Assembly (NCBI GenBank): GCA_947625645.1
Contig: CANQPE010000001.1
Location: forward strand, 10,978-74,977
Direction: 5' to 3'
Length of the DNA stretch: 64,000 bases
Origin: an uncultured Clostridia bacterium
GTDB taxonomy: Bacteria; Bacillota; Clostridia; TANB77; CAG-508
The position numbers and the translations under genes were made by a program. The notes beneath the pieces were generated by a model that saw nothing but the letters and a program-made list of their open reading frames with translations, was not told where the DNA came from and ran no database searches. Below, in pieces: positions 19,301 through 28,004 of the stretch (its first letter is position 1; each line of letters starts with the position of its first letter).

Positions 19301-19696
19301 CTATGATATTTTACTTTTATTTTTGTCATTTTTTTCTTTTTTATACGATTTAAAAATGGAATATATTTCATGTAAACTAACTACAATTAAAAAGATTCCA
19401 AAATATTTTCTTAGATTCTTTACATCTGTATGGATTGAAATGTTAGCTCCAATAATTGCCCCTAAAATTCCATATACTGAAATTAAGGTACCTAATTTTA
19501 AATCCACATTTTTATTCTTGATATTAATGATAATTGCCATCAACGAAGTTGGAATAAAAAATATCAGATTCGTTGCTTGTGCCACGTGTTGCTCTACTTG
19601 GTATAAAAAAGTCAAAAGGAAAATGAGGATTGTGCCTCCTCCCATACCTGTGCCACTGACAATTCCAGATACTATGCCTATTATCATTTCACCCAT
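19301..19696 (-). CDS. TSUP (TauE/SafE, DUF81) family half-size membrane protein
   Basis: 131 aa with about 4 TM segments and Gly-rich helices (GIVSGTGMGGGTILIF) typical of TSUP repeat units. Confidence 0.65.
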   Translation of the reverse strand: MGEMIIGIVSGIVSGTGMGGGTILIFLLTFLYQVEQHVAQATNLIFFIPTSLMAIIINIKNKNVDLKLGTLISVYGILGAIIGANISIHTDVKNLRKYFGIFLIVVSLHEIYSIFKSYKKEKNDKNKSKIS

Positions 19697-19715
19697 GTTC
19701 CTTTTCCTTTCGTTT

Positions 19716-19895
19716 CTAGTGATTGTTTTCTATCATTTTTTCCGCTAACTGCGTTAAAACTCTATCGCACTGAATAAATTGATAGATAATTTCTTTCCTT
19801 AATTGCTCATTTTCTATATTGTCGACTAAATCTAGAAACTTTTGTGTTTCAAATAGATATTTCTTGTTCTTATTTTTCCACTCTAAACTATCCAT
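19716..19895 (-). CDS. Small hypothetical protein, 59 aa, between the two TSUP halves
   Basis: Hand translation: MDSLEWKNKNKKYLFETQKFLDLVDNIENEQLRKEIIYQFIQCDRVLTQLAEKMIENNH*. A strong AAGGAGG RBS lies 6 nt upstream of ATG 19895. Confidence 0.5.
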   Translation of the reverse strand: MDSLEWKNKNKKYLFETQKFLDLVDNIENEQLRKEIIYQFIQCDRVLTQLAEKMIENNH

Positions 19896-20021
19896 TTCTT
19901 CCTCCTTATCCGTATCTATTTGATATCTTTATTATGCCTTATTTCGACAATATTTTTGCATTTTCTTTACAAAATGCCATTTTTCATTTATGACTTTTAC
20001 TTATACTTTTGGTAGACCTTT

Positions 20022-20381
20022 TTAATTTTTTATCATATGATATGCCACATATAATAAAAAGATGGCAAATGTAATTTTTAACGTCTTTTCTGGTAACCTT
20101 TTTAGCAATTTTGCTCCTACATATCCTCCTATGGTTCCTCCTATGGCACATAATATTGCTACTTTCCAGTCAATATAATTTCCTTTATAGTAAAAAAAGC
20201 TACTTGTTACCACCATTGGTAATATACAAAAAATTGCTGTACCTCTTGCTTCCTTAGAATCTTTCCCCAATATATACATAAAAGCCGGTACTAAAACCAA
20301 ACCGCCTCCTGTAGAAAAAAATCCGCTCACAAATCCGGCAACCAAACCAATGCTAATTGTTTTTATTATTTTTTTCATCAC
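20022..20381 (-). CDS. TSUP (TauE/SafE, DUF81) family half-size membrane protein
   Basis: 119 aa with 4 TM segments and GFVSGFFSTGGGLVLVP. Confidence 0.65.
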   Translation of the reverse strand: MMKKIIKTISIGLVAGFVSGFFSTGGGLVLVPAFMYILGKDSKEARGTAIFCILPMVVTSSFFYYKGNYIDWKVAILCAIGGTIGGYVGAKLLKRLPEKTLKITFAIFLLYVAYHMIKN

Positions 20382-20448
20382 AACTTTCCTATTCTATCCA
20401 AAAAAACGGAGAACTAACCTAAGAGTATGTTCTCCATTTTTATTATTT

Positions 20449-21727
20449 TTATGTATTCTTTTGTATTTTATTAGGATTTATTTTTAATACATCATTTTCT
20501 CCTGGTTCATAATACACAGTTCCTTGCATATTATCTGGCAAGTATTGTTGTTTGACGTAATTTCCAGGGAAGCTATGTGGATATAAATAGCCTTGGCTAT
20601 ATCCTAGACTTTGCATTTGTTCTATTGGTGCATTTCTTAAATGCATTGGTACTTCTCCTGTTTCTTTATTTTTCACATCTTGCAAAGCTTTGTCAATTCC
20701 CATATATGTTGAATTTGATTTTGGTGAATTTGCCACATACACAGCTGCTTCTGCTAAAATAATTCTCGCTTCTGGCATTCCTACCATATGAACTGCTTGC
20801 ATCGCACTATTGGCAATAATCAAAGCATTTGGGTTTGCCAGCCCCACATCTTCTGATGCACAAATGACAATTCTTCTTGCTAAAAACATAGGGTCTTCTC
20901 CTCCTACAATTGCTTTTGCTAGATAGAACAAAACTGCATCTGGGTCTGAGCCTCGCATGGATTTGATAAATGCACTAATATTATCATAATGTGCCTCTCC
21001 ATTTTTATCAAATATGGCTTTTCTATCTTGAATACTATTTTGTATCTCTTGGTTTGTAATATGAATATAGCCATCTGCTTGCATAGGGGTTGTTAATACG
21101 GCAACTTCCAATCCATTCAAAGCTGTTCTGACATCTCCATTTGAAATCACCGCTAATTTTCTTAATAACTCATCTTCTATTTCGACTTGATAGTCTCCGT
21201 AAACCGTCTTTGCTTTTAACGGCATTTTTTAAAATTGTGAATACATTTTCTTGTGTGAGTGGCTCTAATTTGATTACCATTGACCTAGAAATTAAAGCCT
21301 TATTTACTTCAAAATATGGATTCTCCGTCGTAGCGCCAATTAAAATAATGGTTCCATTTTCTACAAATGGCAATAAAGCATCTTGTTGCAATTTATTAAA
21401 TCGATGGATTTCATCAATAAATAAAATGCTTTTTCCTGTTGGATTTAGCATAAAATTTTGCGTTTCTTCGATTACCCTTTTTATGTCTGCTACTCCTGCT
21501 GTTACAGCATTCATTTTATAAAATTTATATTTGGTTGTTTCACTAATCACCCTTGCTAAAGATGTTTTTCCACAACCTGGTGGGCCAAACAAGATAATAC
21601 TAGATAGCCTGTCGGCTTTAATCGTTCGGTATAAAATTTTGTCTTTCCCAATCACATGCTCTTGCCCAACGTATTCTTCTAACGTTTTTGGTCTTACTCG
21701 ATAAGCTAGTGGTTCCTTTGGATTCAT
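20449..21727 (-). pseudogene. rarA: Replication-associated recombination protein A (AAA+ RarA/MgsA), split into two overlapping ORFs at CGG 21199..21197
   Basis: N-terminal ORF 21170..21727 carries Walker A GPPGCGKTS and Walker B LFIDEIHRF. C-terminal ORF 20449..21225 has ..SNGDVRTALNGLE... At the junction, ..KSKDGL-CGG gives junk in the 0 frame, while +1 gives GDYQVEIEDELLRKLAV... Confidence 0.9.
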
Positions 21728-21779
21728 ATTTAATTCCTCTTCTCATTTTGATTTTTCTATCCTGACAATATTCTCTCTG

Positions 21780-22373
21780 TTATTTTCCTAATAAATTTAA
21801 TCCTTTCTTTATTAATTCTTCTGTTGATACATCTTTTTTCTCTATTTTTGTAAACGCTTTCTCAATTTCTTTCTTATTGTAACCTAATACTTGAAGAGCT
21901 GCAATTGCTTCTTCTACTTTACTACTATCAATTTTTGATTGCATTTGTTTTGCTTCCATTGTGGCATTTTCTTTCTTCATTTTATCCTTCAATTCTAAAA
22001 TGATTCTTTGTGCTGACTTCGCACCAATTCCAGGTATTTTCGTTAGATAAGATACATCTTCTGTAATCACTGCCATTGCAAATTCTGAGGGCTCTGTAAC
22101 AGCAATCATCGTTAAAGCCGTTTTGGCACCTACACCGCTAACAGATAAAAGTAATTCAAACATTCGTAACTCCTCATTTGTATTAAACCCAAAAATACTA
22201 ATATCATCTTCTCTTACACGATAAAACGTATATACCTTGACAATTTTTCCTATCTCGCCTAAGGCATCCATACCTGTTGAGGTCATATAAACTTTATACC
22301 CTAACCCTCCAACATCAATGACAACATAATCTGTCATTTTCATTTCTAACGTTCCTTTTATATATGCTAACAT
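21780..22373 (-). CDS. ruvA: Holliday junction branch migration complex subunit RuvA
   Basis: 197 aa. MLAYIKGTL.., HhH motifs (LLSVSGVGAKTA, LTKIPGIGAKSAQRI) and a C-terminal domain III. Confidence 0.9.
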   Translation of the reverse strand: MLAYIKGTLEMKMTDYVVIDVGGLGYKVYMTSTGMDALGEIGKIVKVYTFYRVREDDISIFGFNTNEELRMFELLLSVSGVGAKTALTMIAVTEPSEFAMAVITEDVSYLTKIPGIGAKSAQRIILELKDKMKKENATMEAKQMQSKIDSSKVEEAIAALQVLGYNKKEIEKAFTKIEKKDVSTEELIKKGLNLLGK

Positions 22374-22403
22374 CTTTTTCCTCCTTCTTTTGGGGACATT
22401 ATT

Positions 22404-22958
22404 TTATACATCATAAAAATAAGTTGCTTCTAAGTCTGCTTCATGTGTTAATAGTGCTAATGGATATTTTTTGTATGCTAATCCTAAGGTTGTGTATTGT
22501 TCTTTTGCTTCGGTAAATCCCATGTGCCACCTGATACTGTATTTTTCTTCTGGGGTTAGTTTGATGTATTCTGTAATCATCATGACTGATTTTTCTCCAT
22601 GACCATATGGTATGGTGTCATCTACCGTATAGTATGGTACTTTTTCCCATACGCCTAATGCATTTTTTGCATTTCTATAATCGATTTTATAAAAATTGGC
22701 TTTGCATATGTCATGTAATAATCCTATTAAGATAATAGATTCCTCTGGTACTTGGATTGGTTCTATATTGGTTTGTACTTTGTGTTTTAAAATTTCATAA
22801 ACTTTTAAGCTATGCTCTACTAACCCGCCTTCATGGTTTCCATGAAATCTCGTACTTGCTGGTGCTTGAAAAAAATCTGTTTTTTCTAAAAAATCAATTA
22901 ATTCTTCTATTCCTTCTCTTTTTACTGTTTTTAATCGTTCCAAAAATTTCTCTTTCAT
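22404..22958 (-). CDS. HD-domain phosphohydrolase
   Basis: 184 aa with H..HD signatures (HSLKV.., GLLHDICK, GHGEKS). Confidence 0.7.
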   Translation of the reverse strand: MKEKFLERLKTVKREGIEELIDFLEKTDFFQAPASTRFHGNHEGGLVEHSLKVYEILKHKVQTNIEPIQVPEESIILIGLLHDICKANFYKIDYRNAKNALGVWEKVPYYTVDDTIPYGHGEKSVMMITEYIKLTPEEKYSIRWHMGFTEAKEQYTTLGLAYKKYPLALLTHEADLEATYFYDV

Positions 22959-23073
22959 TTCCTTGTTCCTTTCTCGTACAAATTTAGTTCAAAAAAATAG
23001 TCCTTATTTTTTAACTTTATTCTACTAAAAAAAACAAAAAATAGCAAGGCATTCTTGCTATTTTTCTTAAAAT

Positions 23074-24750
23074 TTACCAATACAAAATAGAACGGAAACC
23101 TGTATGTGCATTCTTGCTGGTCGTGCTACTTCCCACGCCCCTACTAGCTACTAAAGAAGTACCATTTCCAAAAAATCCTCCTCTTTCAACGCATGGCGTT
23201 TCTTTCACTGGATGTGTTTCTGTTGTCCATTCTGCAACATTGGTTGCCATATCATGAATATTACATTGAATATCTGTGCTTACGCCAGTATTTTGTAATG
23301 TAGTTCCAAATGCACTTCCTACTTTTTGAGAATAGACAGAGTCTCCATTTTTTTGGATAAATAGGATAGCCGTATCCCAAGCATAACTGTTAATTAAATC
23401 ACTACGTATATCTGGGTATAAAGATTCACACGCTTTTGCAGCCTCTACTTGCGTTACTCCATTCCATAACATGTTTGGCGTAATATTTTCACTGCTAGCA
23501 CCTTCTCCTGCTGGTGTGCCTTGTGATACAATACTCAATACTTTATTGTCTTGTCTTTTACTTGCTTCATATCTGGCGATATAGTATCCACCATTATTTT
23601 GAACACTCTTTTTAAATCCTTCTATGTTAATAGCACCTAAATTTCCCCATGGTGATAATGCTATTTCTTCGTATGTGATTTCTCCAATGGTAATCGCATT
23701 TTGCCCATACATTGTTGCGTTTCCTTGTGTATCAAATGTATATCTGCTTAATTTTACTTCTACACCATCAACCGGAATCCATACATACTGGCTACCATCT
23801 TTGGCTTGAATTACCAAACCACTATTTACCGCTGCTCTTGCTGGTCCAGTTGTGCCGTCTCCCCATAATGCATTTCCTGTTGTTTCATCTTGTACTGGTT
23901 TAAAACCTTTTGGAATGACTGGATTGTAGGTTGTGCTTTTATTTCTTCCATTAATCGTACTATTTTGCGTGTAATACCCTTCTTCATCTGGCTCTCCTGC
24001 CAAAATTGTAACAGTTTGTGTTTTTAAATTAACTTCATCTCCATGTGTTACTCGTATCTCATAGATTCCTGGTGTTTCTACACGAAATGTCAATTGATCG
24101 GTAATATTCCATTCTGCCTCCTGTTGCAATTTATATCTTACTTCCCATTTTGATACATATTTATCATGTTCTGGTATTATTTTCATCTCATAGCCATCTG
24201 CTACTTGCCTTGTTTCCACTGAAAATGTACCATCTGAAATAATTTGATTTTTGTAAGTTACATTATATAGCCCACTTTCCATCTGTTCCTGCATGTAATA
24301 ATTTTTTCCTTCAAATTCACATTTTTCTGCTGCTACCACAATTGTATTTTCTAAATGAACCAAATAATCTCTCGTTACTCCATCTAAGCCTAACTCTTGT
24401 ATCAAATATTCTTTTGTACAAAAACGAAATCCATTTTTTAATTCTGCTACACTGACTCCTTTTTCCGTCGCCTTTTGGTTTAATACTTCTGTTACTTCTT
24501 TGGTATCTAAAATACCGTATTCTTTCTCTGTCAAACTTTCTCCGATTTGTTTGTTTTCCCTTTGGTACTGTCCTACAATTTCGTTTACTTTGTTTTGCAC
24601 CATGCTTATTTCAGCCTGAAATTTCATATATTTTGCTGATGCTACTGTGCTTAAACCAGCACCAACACTAATGCCAGAAATGATAATGATAATCGTAATT
24701 GTAATAACAAGTACAATTAAGGTAATTCCTTCTTCTTTTTTATTTTTCAT
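23074..24750 (-). CDS. Membrane-anchored protein with a pilin-like N-terminus and a C-terminal FGE/SUMF1-like domain (paralogue 1)
   Basis: N-terminus MKNKKEEGITLIVLVITITIIII. C-terminus ..YAWDTAILF..NIHDMATNVAEWTTE..RGGFFGNG..TGFRSILYW follows the formylglycine-generating-enzyme domain pattern. Confidence 0.55.
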   Translation of the reverse strand: MKNKKEEGITLIVLVITITIIIIISGISVGAGLSTVASAKYMKFQAEISMVQNKVNEIVGQYQRENKQIGESLTEKEYGILDTKEVTEVLNQKATEKGVSVAELKNGFRFCTKEYLIQELGLDGVTRDYLVHLENTIVVAAEKCEFEGKNYYMQEQMESGLYNVTYKNQIISDGTFSVETRQVADGYEMKIIPEHDKYVSKWEVRYKLQQEAEWNITDQLTFRVETPGIYEIRVTHGDEVNLKTQTVTILAGEPDEEGYYTQNSTINGRNKSTTYNPVIPKGFKPVQDETTGNALWGDGTTGPARAAVNSGLVIQAKDGSQYVWIPVDGVEVKLSRYTFDTQGNATMYGQNAITIGEITYEEIALSPWGNLGAINIEGFKKSVQNNGGYYIARYEASKRQDNKVLSIVSQGTPAGEGASSENITPNMLWNGVTQVEAAKACESLYPDIRSDLINSYAWDTAILFIQKNGDSVYSQKVGSAFGTTLQNTGVSTDIQCNIHDMATNVAEWTTETHPVKETPCVERGGFFGNGTSLVASRGVGSSTTSKNAHTGFRSILYW

Positions 24751-24936
24751 TTGTCTCTCCTTTTCTTTCTTTTTTTTATTTTACTATATTCAAAATAAAA
24801 AATCAATATTTTTTCATAAAATCATATTGCTGTCTGCCATAAAATTTTACGGTCATCTTATTGGCAAATAAACTTTTTTCATGTATAATAATGAAGAAAA
24901 TAAAAAATCTTCAATAAAATTTCACCCTAGAAAGGA

Positions 24937-25648
24937 TTGATGTCACTTATGAAACTATTTCGAAAATTATTATTGATTTTTGTTATTTTATTGGTTGTTG
25001 CTTTTTCTATTCTGTTTTTTATCGGTTTTAGCACCTATTCTAATGCCTTAAAAGAAAAGCCATTGTTAGAAAGAGTTCAAGAAATTACTACTGACGAGCA
25101 TTTTGTTAAATTTGCCGATATGTCTGAACTATATCGTAATGCTGTCATTGCCGTCGAAGATCATCGTTTCTATGACCATGGTCCTGTTGATTTTATTGCC
25201 ATTGGTCGCGCCATTTTTACCAATTTAAAAAATGGTCAATTACAAGAAGGCGGTAGTACCATTACACAACAAGTTGCTAAAAATATTATCTTATCACAAG
25301 AACAAAGTTTAGGTCGAAAACTGGGAGAAATTTTTGCAGCCTTTGATTTAGAAAAAAATTATACAAAAAACGAAATTTTCGAGCTTTATGTAAATTCTGC
25401 TTATTTTGGAGATGGTTATTATGGTATTTTTGATGCCAGCCATGGCTATTATGATAAAGATCCAATAGATTTAACCTTAGATGAAGCCTCTATGTTAGCA
25501 GGCGTACCAAATGCCCCTTCTTTATACTCTCCTAACGTCAATTTGAATTTAGCCAAAAAAAGACAATCCCATGTCATCCAAAAAATGCAAGAATACCGGA
25601 TACATCTCGCAAGATGAAGCATTACCATTTCTATCTTTTGGCAACTAA
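24937..25648 (+). CDS. Monofunctional peptidoglycan glycosyltransferase (GT51); frame break at CGG 25597-25599
   Basis: TM anchor plus GT51 motifs (AVEDHRFYDH, GGSTITQQVAKN, RKLGE). The 0 frame ends ..MQEY-RIHLAR* at 25617. The +1 frame gives GYISQDEALPFLSFGN* ending at 25648. The start is uncertain (24937, 24940 or 24949). Confidence 0.85.
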
Positions 25649-25700
25649 CGGGACAATCTGGGACGGTTCTTTTTTGTCCCAAAGGGACACTTTGGGACAA
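25649..25700 (+). repeat. GGGAC-repeat element, copy 1
   Basis: cgGGACAatctGGGACGgttcttttttGTCCCaaaGGGACActttGGGACAa. About 44 of 50 nt are identical to the reverse complement of 28061-28110. Confidence 0.7.
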
Positions 25701-25868
25701 ATCTTCACAATTCCTTCACTTTCTGTCTAACTTCTTTTCCTCCCTTAAACAATTTATATGTTTTCTTTTTTCCGTTTGGTTAATAAAATATTTATTGTTT
25801 ATAACTTTGTAAAATATTTTTTAACCCTTTGAGTTATAGTTCTATAATACTGTTTAAAGGAGGTTCCT

Positions 25869-26243
25869 ATGGATTTTGATATAGAAAAATTTAGTTATCG
25901 TCTAATTGTTTTAATGGAAGATTTTAATATGACGCAATTAGATTTGGCCAAGCAAATTGGCACTTCAAATGTAACAATTTCTCGCTACTTAAGTGGCGAT
26001 AGAATTCCTCGTTTAGATGTAATTGCAAGAATTGCATCAACATTTGATGTTTCAATAGATTATTTACTTGGATTATCTGACAAAAAAAATGCAACTCTTG
26101 AAAAAACGAATGAAGACTTGGATATTGCCCTCCTTGCTAAATCACTTTTTGCCCTAGACGGCAATACCCATTTATCTAAAAATCAAATTGAGTTAATCAA
26201 AAATTTATTGATAGCCAACAAAAATTTTATTTTGTCTGCTTAA
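25869..26243 (+). CDS. XRE-family helix-turn-helix transcriptional regulator
   Basis: 124 aa. MTQLDLAKQIGTSNVTISRYLSGDRIP is a Cro/C1-type HTH. AAAGGAGG RBS. The 3' end overlaps the aspS 3' end by 17 nt (convergent). Confidence 0.8.
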   Translation: MDFDIEKFSYRLIVLMEDFNMTQLDLAKQIGTSNVTISRYLSGDRIPRLDVIARIASTFDVSIDYLLGLSDKKNATLEKTNEDLDIALLAKSLFALDGNTHLSKNQIELIKNLLIANKNFILSA

Positions 26244-27981
26244 TATCTAATTGAATATGTACATCTTTTAATTGCTCAGGTGTAACAATTGAAGGCGCTC
26301 TCATTAGTAAGTCTCGCGCTTTTTTGTTTTTTGGAAATGCGATTACTTCCCTAATGTTTTGGGCATCTGCAATCAACATAACCATCCTATCAATCCCTGG
26401 TGCTGCTCCTGCATGTGGTGGCGTTCCATATTGAAATGCATTGTATAAGGCTCCAAATCTTTCTTTAACATCTTGTTCCGTATACCCTGCTATTTCAAAT
26501 GCTTTTACCATAATTTCAGGGTCATGATTTCTTACGGCTCCAGAAGCCATTTCGTAACCATTACATACTAAATCATATTGATATGCCAATATCTCTAACG
26601 GATTCTTATTTTTTAAAGCTTCTAAGCCCCCTTGTGGCATTGAAAATGGATTATGGCTAAAATCGATTGTTCCTTCGTCTGACAATTCATACATTGGAAA
26701 ATCTACAATAAAGCAAAACTTATACACATTTTTTTCAAGTAAATCTAATCGTTTTCCTAATTCAATTCGAATTAACCCGGCTATTTTTTGCGCTTTTTCA
26801 AATTCATCCGCAACAAAAAAGATACTTGCATTTTTTTCAGCATGATATTGTGTTTGTAATGCCTGTTTCATTTCTTCTGTTATAAATTTAGCAATTCCTC
26901 CTGCCAATTCTCCCGTTTCTTCTACTTTTGTCCAAGCCAATCCTTTTGCCCCAACTTCTTCTGTTTTTGCAAATTCTTCCATTTTATCAAAGAATTTTCT
27001 TCCTTGTTTTGCCCCTTCTGGCACTACAATGAATTTTACAGTTTTTCCCCTAAATGCTTGAAATTCTGTATCTTTAAATAGGTTTGTTCCATCTTGAATG
27101 ATTAATGGATTTCTTAAATCTGGCTTATCAATTCCATACATTTCCATTGCTTCTTTGTATGGAATTCTTACAAAAGGTCCTTTATCTACTTTCCAATTTG
27201 TATATTTTTCAAATGTATATGGAATCACATCTTCCATTACCTGAAATACATCTTCTTGGGTTGCAAAACTCATCTCAAAATCAAGTTGATAGAATTCTCC
27301 TGGGGCTCTATCAGCTCGCGGATCCTCATCTCTGAAGCATGGTGCAATTTGATAATATTTGTTAAACCCACTTACCATTAATAATTGTTTAAATTGTTGT
27401 GGTGCTTGTGGTAATGCATAAAATTCTCCTGGATTTAATCTGCTAGGGACTAAATAATCTCGTGCCCCTTCTGGTGAAGAATTTGCCAAAATAGGCGTTT
27501 GAATTTCTGTAAAGTCTAATTCATGCATTTTATCTCGTAATGTTTTTAAAATTTCTGAACGTAGCAAAATATTATTATGTAATTGTGTATTTCTTAAATC
27601 CAAGAATCGATATTCCAAACGTAAGTCTTCTCTCACTTCTTGGTCTGTATTAATTTCAAAAGGTAATATATTTTTACATTTTCCTAACAACTGTAGTTCT
27701 TGCGCTATTACCTCCACTTCACCTGTTGGAAGGTTTGCATTCTTGTTTGTCCTTTCTACCACGGTTCCTTTCACATGTATACAACTTTCTACTTTCATTT
27801 CTTTTGCCTGATTTTGCAACGTTTCTTCATTGACAACAATTTGCGTAATTCCACATTCATCTCTTAAATCAATAAAAATCATTCCTCCTAAATCCCTAAT
27901 CTTTTGAATCCATCCTGCTAATTCTACTACCTCATTTACATTTTTTAATTTCAATTCTCCGCAATTTTTTGTTCTATACAT
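26227..27981 (-). CDS. aspS: Aspartate--tRNA ligase
   Basis: 584 aa with class IIb motifs (FRDEDPRADR, GGLEALK.., PPHAGAAPGIDR). Confidence 0.95.
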   Translation of the reverse strand: MYRTKNCGELKLKNVNEVVELAGWIQKIRDLGGMIFIDLRDECGITQIVVNEETLQNQAKEMKVESCIHVKGTVVERTNKNANLPTGEVEVIAQELQLLGKCKNILPFEINTDQEVREDLRLEYRFLDLRNTQLHNNILLRSEILKTLRDKMHELDFTEIQTPILANSSPEGARDYLVPSRLNPGEFYALPQAPQQFKQLLMVSGFNKYYQIAPCFRDEDPRADRAPGEFYQLDFEMSFATQEDVFQVMEDVIPYTFEKYTNWKVDKGPFVRIPYKEAMEMYGIDKPDLRNPLIIQDGTNLFKDTEFQAFRGKTVKFIVVPEGAKQGRKFFDKMEEFAKTEEVGAKGLAWTKVEETGELAGGIAKFITEEMKQALQTQYHAEKNASIFFVADEFEKAQKIAGLIRIELGKRLDLLEKNVYKFCFIVDFPMYELSDEGTIDFSHNPFSMPQGGLEALKNKNPLEILAYQYDLVCNGYEMASGAVRNHDPEIMVKAFEIAGYTEQDVKERFGALYNAFQYGTPPHAGAAPGIDRMVMLIADAQNIREVIAFPKNKKARDLLMRAPSIVTPEQLKDVHIQLDIKQTK

Positions 27982-28004
27982 ATTTTCTTCTCCTTTCTCA
28001 CGCG

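Noticed and set aside
23074-24750. The paralogues as genuine type IV pilins or pseudopilins.
   Set aside because: Glu at +5 is missing, the proteins are far larger than pilins, and no PilB/PilC/PilD-type genes are in the window. I kept only 'pilin-like leader' as a description.
25449-25700. An 83-aa minus-strand ORF.
   Set aside because: It overlaps the GT51 3' end and runs through GGGAC-repeat copy 1. It has no RBS and its composition is driven by the repeat.
27982-28004. A T-box leader upstream of aspS.
   Set aside because: Only 23 nt separate the uvrC stop and the aspS start, which is far too short for a T-box riboswitch.
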